From the NCBI GenBank assembly GCA_008632985.1, contig QPGO01000010.1, positions 434,001-498,000 on the forward strand: 64,000 nt of DNA, in the 5' to 3' direction. The position numbers and the translations under genes were made by a program. The notes beneath the pieces were generated by a model that ran no database searches, was not told where the DNA came from, and saw nothing but the letters and a program-made list of their open reading frames with translations. Source of the stretch: Psammoneis japonica. Its lineage: Eukaryota. Within the stretch, counting starts at the first letter, position 1. Every line of letters starts with the position of its first letter. Of the stretch, positions 35,052 to 47,912 are shown one piece after another.

Positions 35052-36322
35052 TCATTCAGCGTCTCGCTTTGCCCATACCCTTGGCAATTCGTTTCTGTAT
35101 TTGCTTACGCGTTTTCCTTCCTTTGCTTGTGCTGCGGCCCGTTTGCTCACCCGCTTTCTTGTGAGGAAGGTTGCTGCTATTCTTCTTTTCACCGCGGGCA
35201 CGTTTGTTGGCAGTCTTCTGGCCGCCATTCTGGACGGTACAGTTGAGCGGATACCTTCAAAGTTTCGCCTTTTGCTCTGCGCGTCATTCTTTCCCTTTTT
35301 GTTCTTTGTACGTTTACCACAAACTTGAACACGCAAGTTGCGCTTCAGATATAAAGAGTTCGGGGTCTTTTGCAAGGCGGTAGCAACCATGGCCTTATCT
35401 TGAAACAAGACGTATCCAAAGCCCTTACACTGCATGGCATCCTTATCACGAACAATCCTCACACCCTCAACCACCGTATCGTTTCCGCACAAGTCTTCAA
35501 AATGCGTCTTTAGCGATTCTTCATTGGCATGATAGGGCAAATTGCCCACAAAGACCGATCGAGATGCGTCCATGGTGGGACTGGCATGATCCACACGAAT
35601 ACGCATTGATTGCACAAGAGTGTTGTTGAGTTTCAAGGCCTTTTCGACGGATTCAGCAGAGGCAAACACCACGTATCCTTGCGCCGTTGATTTGGCGTCT
35701 GAGTCTATCTTGTTGGTGTTTGCACAAACCTTCTTCATTAGATTCTGTTTTATAAGCAAGACGATTAGAGTGAGAAAAACTATTGCATTAACAAGATAGT
35801 GTTGGACAGCCAAAATGCAAGACGCACCTGATCTCCGGCTCTTTCGGGCGGTAGTTTGACGCCTGCAGCTGCAACCGAACGCAACCTGGTGCTTTCAACC
35901 TTGCCACAAGACTTAAACAGCGATGCCAAGGATTTTCGGGTTGTATCAAGTGGCAGGTTTCCTACAAAAACGATTCGATCCTCGGCGTCGTTGTCTTTTG
36001 ATTGATCGTCTCTGCGATTGGTAGTATTTTCAGTTTCGGCATCGGCTGCATCACTTTTCTTTTCAGAATCTCTATCAGAAGGAGTTTCATCATTTGATTT
36101 TTTCTCGCGTTTACGTTTCTTTCTCTCGCGGCTAGACTCTCCCTCTTCTGGGGCTTTCTTTGAATCTTCACTTGTTGTCTCTTGCCTTTTCCTTCGAGCA
36201 GGAAAAACTGTGTGTTGCGGCGGAGCAGGCAAACTACTTGATGCATCGAACAGTCCACCTCCTTTTTCCTTACTGCCTTCATCTGCACTACTTCCTCCAA
36301 AAATGGATCCTAAGAGAGACAT
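35052..36322 (-). CDS. RBM34: Two-RRM nucleolar protein (RBM34/Nop12-like), 2 exons
   Basis: Exons 36322-35828 and 35744-35052. RIVFVGNLP..VESTRLRS, GYVVF, RIRVD, RSVFVGNLPY, VRIVRD...KGFGYVLF. Confidence 0.85.
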
Positions 36323-36877
36323 TATTTTCTCACACTGTTTATTGGCCTACAAATATCGGTTTCGATCTTCTGTATGATGTGGGTGTTGTCTTGAAGTGTG
36401 AAGTCAGAAGTCTATCACCTACCTGGTACTGCACTGTCTCATCGAATACAGTAATCACTCATCATCGATGTTGCTTTTTTGTCGGCGACATTTTTTGGTT
36501 GGTTGGTGATGCCCGCCTGCCCGCCGCCCGCCCTCGTCGTACACAAAGAGGACGGTCCAAAAACTCCGAGACAACGTTCAAACGATGAGATTTTCTCAAT
36601 TTTTGTCATCAAATTTGGTGTACGATGGGCGAATTATCGATATGAAGGAGTAAGGAACTGTGAGATATGTGGCGAATCATTGCTGCTGTAACCGCTCTTT
36701 GTTTTGTCTGGCGGGCGAAGCATGAAGCGCTCACAATCAGACAACAAAGCAACTGTGCTCACAGACGCAACAAGCCGTCGTCTTCTGCAGCAGAGAGAGG
36801 AGCTATATGTATGGTGATACTGATAGCTAGTCTAAGATTCATAACAATACTTTTATTCGCACATTCCCGATGCCTCC

Positions 36878-37513
36878 TTACACTATTAGTAGAGCATCTT
36901 CTGGAGATGCATCATCTAGCGTCATGCTTGTCGAACTGCTGTCCGAGGACGAGGAGTCGCGCGCTTGTTCACAAGCTACTTCAAAGCCCTCATCCAGTAT
37001 AATGACTCCTCTCGCCATTGTGAGTTCATGTTTTTGGCTGGATTCGTAGACGCCCCTCATCCAGGAAGAGCAAATCAGCCGCCATTCACCAAACTCACTT
37101 TGATAAAGTTCCAGCTCAAACTCGCTGTTCATTTCAGGAAATTGTAGGCATTTCTGCATAAAGCCCATGTCTTGGATCGGCTCTTGATACATACAAACTC
37201 GTCTTATGGATGCCGCCCATTCTAGAACATTGGGGATGTCAACGCCACTCATAATGAGCTGAAGTTGTGTCGTGCCACTTCGACGAAACACCAATCGCTG
37301 CAGCATCTCTTGAATCGCAAAAAGCTGCTGCACATCACTTGATCCCAATAACGAAGCCGAATCAACGGATTCGCCATTTTGTTTTGAGGACTTGGTTTTG
37401 CTTTTCTTTGATAAGATTCCTTTTCTTGTCAACACACGACGAGTTGGGCGCTTTCGTCGATGCTCGTTGTTTCCAACATTGCGACTTTTTCTCTTGAACA
37501 GTAGCTTTGCCAT
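36878..37513 (-). CDS. Hypothetical protein (basic N-terminus)
   Basis: 211-aa ATG-initiated ORF with normal composition in a TA-normal region; no recognised motif. Confidence 0.55.
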   Translation of the reverse strand: MAKLLFKRKSRNVGNNEHRRKRPTRRVLTRKGILSKKSKTKSSKQNGESVDSASLLGSSDVQQLFAIQEMLQRLVFRRSGTTQLQLIMSGVDIPNVLEWAASIRRVCMYQEPIQDMGFMQKCLQFPEMNSEFELELYQSEFGEWRLICSSWMRGVYESSQKHELTMARGVIILDEGFEVACEQARDSSSSDSSSTSMTLDDASPEDALLIV

Positions 37514-38113
37514 TTTCTTGTTTTATGTCTTGTCTTTGATATGAAGAAGAAGGGTAGTTTTGTGTCACGGATGAACGTCTCCGACGTCTTGAGAGTGACG
37601 TTCAAAGCAGGAAACGAGCGAGGAGTTGAGACAGGGCTTCTCCGATCCGCCAGGTTTCTTTCGCGCATTTCCAAAATTTCGTTCGCGGGATTCAAATTTT
37701 TGTCGCACACGACCCAACAGATCGCGCATCCTTGCATGAATGAATCGCGCGAACTCTGCCCTGACGTCACGCGAACGCGCGAACAACCACACTGACGCGC
37801 GAAACTCGTGCCGACGGCGAAAAAAGCACGACAGCAAAAAACAACACAGCGACATGCGACATCCGACAGCAACAAGTAGCACGACTTGACCTTGCGGAGA
37901 GCATTGCTCCTAGATCGACAACAGCTTGCGTTGAAGAAACTCTAAAAGCTGTTATCTGCAATTGCTTATTAGAGAACTTATCGTGAAACGACTTGATTTG
38001 GGGAGTTAGTATTACACAGAGCAACAAAACGTTCGCTTCAACGCACGCCACCGCACTGGTTCCTTTTTCCATCCTTTACGAATTCTTATTACTTGTACTC
38101 AACTGATATAGCC

Positions 38114-38800
38114 ATGGGGGCGATTCTAGGCAAGCAGGTACCTCTTAAAGAGCAGCTACGACAGAATAAGAGGATCATCACTCGCGCAATAAGAGAGCTG
38201 GATCGGGAAAGAGCGGCTCTTGAAAGAGATGAAAAGCGCCTGACGATTGAAATCAAAAAAGCTGCCAAGGAGCAGCAAATGGGCGCCGTAAAAGTCATGG
38301 CTAAGGATCTGGTCCGAACGCGTCAGTATATCACCAAGTTCATTGAAATGAGAAGTCATCTACAGGGCTGTGCTCTCAAGCTTCAAACAGTCAAAACACA
38401 CCACGCCATGGCAGAAGCCATGAAGAGCACGGCCAGTGCTATGCACAAAATGAACAAGGCTGTAGACGTGCCGGCGATAAACAAAATGATGGCAGACTTT
38501 GAACGCGAAAACGCAAAGACAGAACTTATGCAAGAGGTTATGGGTGACGCCATTGACGATGCATTGGAAGGCGAGAACAATGAGGAGGAGGAAGACCGCA
38601 TTGTTTCTCAGGTATTGGATGAGATTGGCGTCAGCTTTGGTGAAGAAATTCCCGATGCACCAATGTTGGGAACTCCCGCAGCCGCACAATCCGAGTCGAC
38701 GCCGACAAAGGTTGCAGCAGCAGCCGGTGGTGGTGGCGAACCGAGCACCGATCCAGCGCTCAGCGAATTGGAAGAACGACTGAACAATTTGAAGCGATGA
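38114..38800 (+). CDS. CHMP2A: ESCRT-III subunit CHMP2/Vps2
   Basis: EQLRQNKR.I.RAIRELDRER, KVMAKDLVRTR, SQVLDEIG, C-terminal LEERLNNLKR MIM. Confidence 0.93.
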   Translation: MGAILGKQVPLKEQLRQNKRIITRAIRELDRERAALERDEKRLTIEIKKAAKEQQMGAVKVMAKDLVRTRQYITKFIEMRSHLQGCALKLQTVKTHHAMAEAMKSTASAMHKMNKAVDVPAINKMMADFERENAKTELMQEVMGDAIDDALEGENNEEEEDRIVSQVLDEIGVSFGEEIPDAPMLGTPAAAQSESTPTKVAAAAGGGGEPSTDPALSELEERLNNLKR

Positions 38801-39073
38801 GCACAAACTTTCCTCTAAGAAGTCAGAAAATATAATATCATATGCTGCCTCCATGGAAACCGAGTCGGTAGTCTACTTTATCGTATCTCTCTCTCTTTCT
38901 CTCCGTCTATCTCGCCTGGACCGTAATTTCTTACCACACTCGGGCGTGCTCACAATGCCGTTAGCACAGGGACACTCACGACATGTGGTGAGTCACCAAC
39001 GGCATGTTCTTTTGCCTTGCATCATGGTTTCGTGTTTTGCCCACCGTGTTCTTTTGTCAGAAGATGATGAACT

Positions 39074-39207
39074 GAGAAGCACACCAGTTTTGTCGGGACT
39101 TTCTGGTGATGAGACGACAGCTGTCTCACACGTCTTTAACAATCTCTCACATGGGTGTCTGTTCTGAAATTCACAAGCATTGACGACCATGTGGTGACTG
39201 GCAAATC
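39074..39207 (+). pseudogene. Truncated duplicate of the 5' UTR/start of the iGluR-like gene at 48532
   Basis: GAGAAGCAC..AGTTTTG...GATGAGAC..AGCTGTCTC...CTGTTCTGAAATTCACAA.CATTGA aligns to 48500-48618. Similarity stops where the TA-depleted TE block starts. Confidence 0.75.
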
Positions 39208-39449
39208 GAGCAGCATTCTTGAAAATCAGAGGGGGGGGGGCAAATTTTGGGTGTCTTGCCCACTCATGGTTGCATTGCCATCAGAGTCCATGTGCTGGGG
39301 GTTCCAACACAGGTTTCCAAAAAATGTTTCTTGCAGGCAGTCTCGATTTGCAATGGTTTGTCATCCCTCGACATTTAATTTTCACCTCACACAGAACACC
39401 CCTGCTTTGCACAGGTGCTGGGAACATGGAAGTTCAACACAACAAAAAA

Positions 39450-40950
39450 ACTGGTGAGAAAAATGCTTGATGCCAACAGCACCTTTGCTCTGAACAAACA
39501 ACACAAAGAAATTGCACAAAACAGTGTGGAGTGATTGCTGAATGCACACAGCTGCCCTGTTGCAGTGCTGCATCTCTTGCTGCTGGGTCTGTCTTTTGAG
39601 AAAGTCATTGGCAAGACTGTCACACAGAAGAGTTCACAAAGAGAAGTCCTTGATGATTCATGTGCCTTGAGGTGCACCTTTACAATCAGTGAGCACAACG
39701 TGCCTGTGCTTGTTTCTCAGCTTCTCAAACTCTTCTTTCTTTTCCAAGACACACCAAGACAGTCTTCTGGACACCATGAATGATTTTTTCTGAGGATGCT
39801 GGGGTTGCTTGACACTTCAAGTGACTTTCAATCTGTCTTTGGCATGCAGTTGCCTGGCTTGCATTGCACCTGAATGAAACAGGACAAAGCATCAGGCAGT
39901 CACACCCTGCCAGCTTCCTTTGCGTGGTGCTCCATTTGACTCACATGCCGTCCTTCACCACCTTCCCTGCCACATCCCACACCCCTTTAAAGTGGCATTT
40001 CTGTGCAAACCAGCAAGCAACTACAACCCTGTTGACTGTGCTTGCAAGTCTTGCCATTCTCAAAAAGTTTGGGTTGCACTTGCACTGTGGCCCACAGCTG
40101 TCCATCCACACTGCAATGCACTTCAGGTTGATGCGTTGCTTCTTGAAATCACACTTGCAGTGTTGGACAGAGACAAGGCATGCATTGTAGAAAGCATGGT
40201 CACTCTTCTCACCTTTTGATGTTGTTTTGCCAAAGAAGTGCCACAAACGTCACATTCTTTGATTCACCATTTCTTGTTTGCACTGTTGTGCTTCACTGCA
40301 ATTGTTCTTGCAGAGTGCGGGACAACAAAGATGCAAAGGACAGCGTGGACATCAAATTGTTGGTGAGGTGCACTTGCAGATCACATGCATTGGAGAAGTT
40401 GGTAAAAATCAGCAGCTCCTTGCTGGCAAAGGCATGGGTGTCAATGTGTCTCATGAAATTGATGAGTTCAGTCTCACAGCAGTGCTTTCCACACTCTTTC
40501 AGCTGCATCAGCAGTCACTCTGCAGCTGTTTTTGCCAGAAGCTCAGTGTCCATCAGTTTAATCTGTGCACTCTGTTCACCTTTCACATTGGCCCCCCATC
40601 TTTCAGTGCCAGCAGCATTCCTTTGCAGGGACATTGATGTTGCACTCAGTGAGTGCTGCACACTCTTGCAGCTTCTTCACAGTTTGTTGACTCCACAATT
40701 CTGACAGCCCCTGTGTGTGCATTTCCAAGGGATTGGCTTTGGTGGGTGGCCTCCAACCTCAGTGCAAAGCATTGGCTGTTCCTCTGCCAGATGGCACACA
40801 GCTTTAACCATGGACTTGCAGCCTCCATTTTCTGGCAGTGAAAAAATGTTCTCCATGCCAGATCCATCATCTTCATCCTCCCTCATTTGTGTGTGCGCAA
40901 GTTGAAAGCACAGTTCTTTGCTTTTTTACAAGCAACTCAGTTGCTCTTCA
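39450..40950 (-). mobile_element. Decayed DDD transposase, Sola2-like
   Basis: Fragments on the minus strand, reading Tyr back in for Cys/His: KC...GCQNCG, ELLIFT(D)FSNA(Y)DL, SDHAF(Y), IAVWMDSCGPQ(Y)KC..NF, WFAQK(Y)HFKGVWDVAGKVVK. This resembles the Sola2 pattern DFAENY / SDGCA.QYKN..NF / FFAT.HGKG..DG.GG.VK. Confidence 0.6.
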
Positions 40951-41309
40951 ATGCTTTGTTCAGCACACTCGTGCACTTTTCTAGAGCCCAGTCTTTGGCA
41001 AATCCACACAGGAATGCTCAGACAGATCCTGAGCACACAGGCAAATGCAACCTCAGAGTTGTTCCTTGCCTGTCATGCTGCACAGCACTGGGTGACAGAG
41101 CTGAAAAAGTGTGCAAAACCAAAACAATTGAGCTGGACATGATTGGTCAAACCAACCAGGCAAGGCAGCAAGTGCAGCAACAGGCAGCTGGGTTGCTGTC
41201 CTCAAGGTCAGCCAAGGGATGGCAAGCAACCACCAGCACATCACAACGAGCACCAAGTGCTCCAAATCCAAAAAAGCAACGGCAGCAAGAGCCTCCAAGC
41301 CCACCCCAA

Positions 41310-41460
41310 AACCAGTTGAACCCAAGTGCCTTGTCTGCAACATGACTGTGTCAAATGCATTGAAGTGTGATTTGTGCACTGCGTGCACACATGCAAGCTG
41401 CTTGTTGGCAGATGAAAACAATGAGAGATTTTGTTGGGATTGCAGCAACGACTTGCAATG
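41310..41460 (+). pseudogene. PHD-finger-like remnant inside the TE block
   Basis: KCLVC...LKCDLC...THASCL...FCWDC matches C4HC3 spacing; followed by TGA stops; lies in TA-depleted DNA. Confidence 0.45.
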
Positions 41461-42059
41461 ACTTGAAATTGCTGCAAACAGTTTGTGGAGCGCAACTGTC
41501 ACGATCACAAAAGCCAGGATCATTTTGGTCTGTGTGAGAGTTGGTGGGAAGTTGTGGTTTTGGTGTGCAAGAAAGATGGGTGCAACCGCAAATGGAAAAA
41601 GAATGACAAGAAAAAAGCATGGTTGTGCAACGGAAAAAACCAAGGGTGTTGCTGTGGGATGGTTTGTTGTGTGGGAGGATGCTTTGAGCAGGCTGTGCCA
41701 TTGGAAGGATGTGGTCACAAGCAAGGCGCCGCACTGCAACTGAGGTCAATGCACCAGCTTGTTTGGTTGGTGTGGAACAGAATTTTGTTCAGGCAGTGCA
41801 GGATTTCTGTCAAATGCAACAGCACTCTTTGTTGCAGTTAGAAATGAAAGCAGAAACTGTGGCGCAACAGTTGGAATTTGCTGCAGCAGGTGACTTGAGC
41901 ATCTGTCGTTCCCTGTGTTGGGAATGATCCTCCACATTGACAACAAGTTGATGCTGGAAAGGCAACATGCTGCAGCTGGGGTTGTGGAGTGGCTGTTTTG
42001 ATGATTGAGAAATGAAGTGTGATGGCATCAGCATGCTGCAATTGGGGATGTGGAGCAGC

Positions 42060-43385
42060 TGCACAAAGGGTGCAAGGTGGCCAAGTGCACAAAATTGCAA
42101 AGGGTGCAAAATGGCCAAGGGCACAAAATCTTTGAGAGCACAAAATCATGAAGGGCACAAAATCATGAAGGGCACAAAATGATGGCTGATGGGAAAAATC
42201 ACAAAGGGCACAAAAAAGCAAAGGGCAAAAAATGGGAAAGGGTGCAAAATCACAAAGGGCGCAAGGTGGCCAAGGGTGCAAAATCACAAAGGGCACAAAA
42301 TGGCCATGAGCACAAAGTTGCAAAGGACCCAAAATGGCTGAGGGCACAAAATCACAAAGGGTGCAAAATGGCTGAGGACAAAAGATGCAAAATGGCTGAG
42401 AGGGCGCAAAATCATGAAGGGCACAAAATGATGGCTGAGGGCACAAAATGGCCAAGGGCACAAAGTGGCTGAGGGCAAAAATGGGAAAGGGCACAAATTC
42501 ATGAAGGGTGCCAAATGGGAAAAGGGCAAAAAATCACAAAGGGTGCAAGGCAGCCAAGGGCACAAAATCACAAAGGGTGCAAAATGGCCAAGGGCACAAA
42601 ATTGTTGAGGGCACAAAATGACTGAGGGCACAAAAAATCACAAAGGGTGCAAAATGATGGCTGAGGGCACAAACCCACAAAGGGCACAAAATGGCCAGCA
42701 CAAATTCATGAAGGGCGCTGAGTGGGAAAGAGCACAAAATCACAAAGGGCACAAGGTGGTGGCCAAGGGCGCAAAATCATTGAGAGCACAAAATGGGAAA
42801 AGGCACCAAATCATGAAGGGCACAAAAAGACGGCTGAGGGCACACAATTGCAAAGGGCACAAAATGGCAGAGGGCACAAAATGGGAATGGGCACAAAATC
42901 ACAAAGGCCACAAGGTTGCAAAAGGCACAAAATCTCAAAGGGTGCAAAACAACCAAGAGCACAAAATGGGAAAGGGCACAAAATTGCAAAGCACACAAAA
43001 TCACAAATGGCACAAAATGGCCAAGGGCACAAAAGAAGCATGTTGAGGGCACACAATGGCTGAGGGCACAAAATCATGAAGGGCACAAAATGATGGCTGA
43101 GGGCATGAAACCAGAAAGGGCACAAAGTGGCTGAGGGCACAAAATCACAAAGGGCACAAGGCTGCAAAGGGCACAAAATCACAAAGGGCGCAAGGGCACA
43201 AAATCTTTGAGGGCACAAAATGGCTGAGGGAGCAAAATCACAAAGGGTGCAAAATGATGGATGAGGGCTGAGGGCACAAAATCACAAAGGGCACAAAACG
43301 GTCAAGGGCACAAAGTGGCCAAGGGCTCAAATTGGGAAAGGGCACAAAATTGCAAAGGGCACAAAATGGGAAAGGGTGCAAGGCA
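42060..43385. repeat. Degenerate array of short GGGCACAAAAT/GGGTGCAAAAT motifs (probable subterminal repeats)
   Basis: Dozens of AGGG(CA/TG/CG)CAAAAT motifs with variable 5-15-bp linkers, ending near AGAGTGCACCCTC (about 43413). Confidence 0.85.
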
Positions 43386-43414
43386 GAAAATCAGAAGATC
43401 AGAGTGCACCCTCT

Positions 43415-46400
43415 TGACCAGACAGCCTGGTCTGGTGTGATGTCAGGAGCCACTCCATTCTTGACCACATTCTTGGCATCTGCAGGTCGCTTTTGCTTTT
43501 TGGATGCACCCATGCTTGGCGACATCAAAGAAACATTTCTCAAACTCTGCTGGTCCATGTTGAGCAGCTTTGGAAGTTTGTTGAGCAGACCTGCACTGGG
43601 TGCTTGTCCAAAGAGCCCTCGCCACCTTGGAACATTTTCCAGTGCACCACTCTCCAGCACATTGTGTTTGGAGCCAGTCTGGGGTTGGATGAAGTGAGCA
43701 CTTGTGGAGGCCCAAGAAGTGCATGGGATGAAGCAGCTTCAAGCTGTGGTGCCCTCCTCTGCAGCAATCATTGCTGCACCTCAACTGTGCCCCCTGCTGC
43801 TCCTTCTGTTCAATGAACTTACCAGGCCATTGTGGTGTGTCACAGCCATGACTCATTTGGGCCATGTTGCTTGAGCAAAAATTCTGGTGGAGAGCCATGT
43901 TGTTGCACCCTTTGGCATTGCCAGTTGTTTCATGACATGTGCTTGAAAGCAAGTGTGGGAGCCAACCAAGACACAGCATGTTTGCCAAAAGATCCATTCT
44001 TTCTCTTGCAATGTTGCAGTGCATTTCTGCAAACATCTCTCTCAGTGCATGCTGTGGCTCCTGGTTTCCACTCAGGAGCACTTTGCTCTTGTTGCTTGTC
44101 TTCAGAAGGGTGTGCAGCCACTCCAAGTGAAGAGGCCACAGGCTGTGGTTTTGGCAAGACTTGTTGCCAAGATTGCCCAAGGTGACAACTGTGGGCTGGG
44201 CCTGCAGGTGGCCTGTGTTGTTGTCACAAAGAGCAGAGCAACAAATGCAGTGAAACCAGAAGGAGGCAATCTCATTTTGCCCAGCTCTCTCAGAAATGTT
44301 CCTTTGGAAGGCACCACTCCACTCGCTTCACTTCTGCCATCATTCAGTGTTCAAAGAATTGCAAACCTGCTCATTTGTGTTGAGATGTTGTTTTTCATTG
44401 TGCAACCATTGGCAAGACATCACAAATTCAGGGCCCCAAAACATCCCTCCTGATGCAATGAACCAATGAGAAACAGCACACATGCATGGGAGGGAATTTA
44501 ACCAGGTCCAGCATGTGCAGCATGGGGTGGATGGGCTCAGGGCCAACATGACCCATGTGACTCTTTTTGCCTTGTTCATTCATCTCAAGGCACAGTGGAT
44601 CATGAGAAATGTGACTGGCAGCCATGCTTGTTTGCTGTTTTTGGAGTTCCAGTTTGGCTGCAAGAAGCCTTGAAAGACAGCAAGGCAGGTGGTGCTTTTT
44701 CCCCATCACGGCCAACTCTTCCTCCACATGTGGGGCAACTTCTTAGTTGATTTCATTTCCTGAGTGGCCTGGGAGTTCCAAATCTGCACTTCAGTTGCCA
44801 GCTGGTCAAAGAAGAACATGTCAACGGCTGGTTGACAACTCAGAATTGTTCCAGCACAACCACAGCTGGGCCTGCACCCAATGCTCTGGCTGTTCCTGAA
44901 AAAAATTAGAGTGGGCAATTCCTGGCAAAACAAGAGAGGTGCACAGGGAGGCTGAACAAGACACCAGCAGTGGAAAGAACAGTGGGGAGGGGGCAACATC
45001 TTTGACAAAGAAGAAAGTGAAGGGTGGTCAGGTGTGTGTGTTTGTTGGTTGGAGCTCATCTTTTTTCAGCAGTGCTGTCCATGTCCTGACATGTCAGCAT
45101 CAAGCCACTCCACAGCTCAACCTCATGGTGGTCAATGAGAGCCAAACAAGATTGTGGGAAATGATGTTGCTTGCATCATGTCTGGCAAGCTCTGATTTGA
45201 CTGTGTCATTCTCCAAGCACTGCCAGAGATCTGGCTGGTGACTTGCCAACCACTGCCTTTGCTTGGCCAGTGCTGCCCCCCTGCATGTTGCCTCATTTGA
45301 AAGCCAGGCAAACAACAGGAGCATCAACCAGTGCTGCACACTCTCTTGTCAAAGACAGCGCCCTGGTCACAAACACTGCTCCTGCCCTGGGCTCCCACCA
45401 AATCTGCTGCTCACATGAGGATCCAAGTGATTTTTGTGCCTCTGGTGTGCCAGCAAGTTGGTCACAGCATCACCTGCCTCTCGATGGCCAACAGCTTTTT
45501 TTTTTTTTTGACAAAATGCTCTCAGATGCCTGCACACCCAGGTGCAGAGAAGCTTGTCACTCTGCAAAAATTGTGTGCACATGGCACACAGCAGCAGCGT
45601 GGCAAAACAGATTGAACACCCAAGAATCTTGAGACAGATTGCTCCTTTGCACAGAAAATGACAGAAAAAAAACAAGAAAGTGGCATGACACACACCAGAT
45701 TCAGAGAGCAAAAGTTGTTTTTGGCAGCATTTTGAAATTGTGACTGAAGTGACTGCCATGCAGTGTGCCAAGAGCCCACACCAGTTTGTGGCTGTCACTG
45801 TCCTCAGCAAGCTCTGACATTTGTGCACTTGGAGATGGCAGGCACTGCCAAAATGCATCAGGCAAGACAGCTCTCAGCCAGAGTGCACAAAGTGTTGAGA
45901 AAACTTTGTGTGAGACACTTGGCTGCAAGTGCCACACAGGCTGCCAATTTTTGGATGCTCTTCACAGCTCTGCCATCATCACAAAATGCTCCCACATGAT
46001 TTGGGCATCTTGGGCAGCATTTCTTCCTTCTCTTTGCCATGAAGCCCTGTTCAATCTGCACCCTGCTTCTCCAATGGATCCAACCCAACTGCCTGTGAAA
46101 GCCCCATTCCCCTGCAAAGAATCTCACAGGGTTGTGCTCACTGCCACCAAAGCTGGGAAGAAGCAGCTGCTTTGGCAAGCGAAACAAGCTTGCAAGAAGA
46201 GCTGTGCAGCCTTGTCAATGAAAACAACCTGTGGTGCAAACCAACTGCAAAGAGCCAAAATCTGTCATGTCTCCATGCAGATGTTCAAGATCCTGGAAAT
46301 GGGCATCCCAAAGGTTCAAAAAGATGAACTCAAGTTTTTGTGCCACCACTCAGATTGATGTTGGTCGTCAAACAACCAGGCCATCACAAAGCAGACCAGT

Positions 46401-47790
46401 GATGAGTGAGCTCATGGTGAACCCCACAGGGCAGCACATGTTTTTTTTTTCTGAAAATGAAGACCATTTGAGCAAAATGTGGCTTCCCACCCTGGGAAAT
46501 CTGCTTGCATGCATTGACTGTGCCAAACAAAGAGAGTCTGTCAATGAAGAGGTGCTTGCCTTGCTTGTTTTGAGCAAAGCTCCCTTCTTGCAAGCACCTT
46601 CCTTTTTGGGCAAGGAAATGGGATTTCAGGCTTGTTCTCCCAAATTGGAACAATGTGCTTGTGCATGGCTCTGAGGAAATGGCCCAGGTGAAGAGTGTTG
46701 CTCACAGCAATGCTTGAGTGCACAACAGCTGGGCTAAATTCCCAAAAATGACACCTTTGAATGAACAAAATTTTGTCATTGAAGAAATTTGCAACCCCTT
46801 TCATGATGCCTCTGTGATGATGAGTTTGTGCAGGGGAAGAGGAAATCAAGGAGACATTGAAAGCACTGCCAGTGGCAAGCTTCTGGTTGAAGATGCAATG
46901 ACAGCTGGCAGGACATGGCAAAACACAAGATTTCTGGGTGGGGGAAATTGGGCTCATGTGCTGAAAGCCATGCACCAAAAAACAGGTTAAGATCCACTGC
47001 CCAACCAGAAAAAAGTGCGAGATGTTGCGCACACATTGTGAGATCTGTGGCTGCCCCACCACTTCTCTGCTTTGTTCCCACACCCCTGCACATGAGAAGT
47101 GACCATTGGGGGTGAGGGTGGGAGTGTGCATCAATCCACACTGCTGCTGCACTGCAGCAGTTGTCCTGGTGGTGTGAGAAAGGAGATGAAAGCTTCATCA
47201 GCTTGTGTGCCAAAAAGAGCCTTGAAAGCCAAGCAGATCATCTGTCATGATGATGATCACCACCGCAATTGTGCATCCTCTCACATGTTGGCAGTTTGCA
47301 CAATGTGTGCATGACTGCTGTTGTGCCACACATGACTTCCCACTCATCTGGAGAGAACAAATGAGTCTCAGATTTGCACCCTTGTTCATGGCAGACAACC
47401 ATCAGCTGGGGTCACCACTGTCACATCCTCCTTGGCTGCCATGGCTTTCTTCAGAGAACTGTCCCCCCATCTGCTGCAACCAGCCACCTCCAGGCCCGCC
47501 AACAGTGATTTCAGAAATCTCACACTTTGAAAAGAGTGGTGCAAGCTTTGAGTGCTGAGATTCTCCCTCTGAGAGTGAGACACTTTTTGAGATGAAACAG
47601 AACGCACAACAAGCTCCTGAGAGGTTTCTTGGATGACTTTCATGGTGACAACTGCTTTGCAAGGCACCAACTCTGTGTTGGGTGTTGTTTGAGTGCAACT
47701 CAAAGTTGCCTCCACGATTTGATGATCAGAGCACCACAAATTTGGGTCTTTGTCATTGGCAAAATGAGCACACCTCATCATCAGCTGCTT
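43415..47790. mobile_element. TpA/CpG-depleted decayed repeat or TE of unidentified family
   Basis: Almost no TA or CG; many overlapping Cys/His-rich, Tyr-free ORF fragments; no family motif recognised. Confidence 0.5.
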
Positions 47791-47793
47791 CTC

Positions 47794-47912
<119 letters not shown>

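Noticed and set aside
37762..37769. TGACGTCA bZIP/aureochrome-type site between divergent genes
   Set aside because: An 8-bp motif is expected about once per window by chance; no supporting data.
39229..39250. GAGGGGGGGGGG as left TIR of the Sola2-like element
   Set aside because: Starts with GRG but does not match the reverse complement of the candidate right end at about 43413 beyond 5 bases; no TSD identified.
42060..43385. Motif array as CRISPR or as a Lys/Gly/His-rich protein gene
   Set aside because: Linkers are short and themselves repetitive; the ORFs arise from loss of TAA/TAG.
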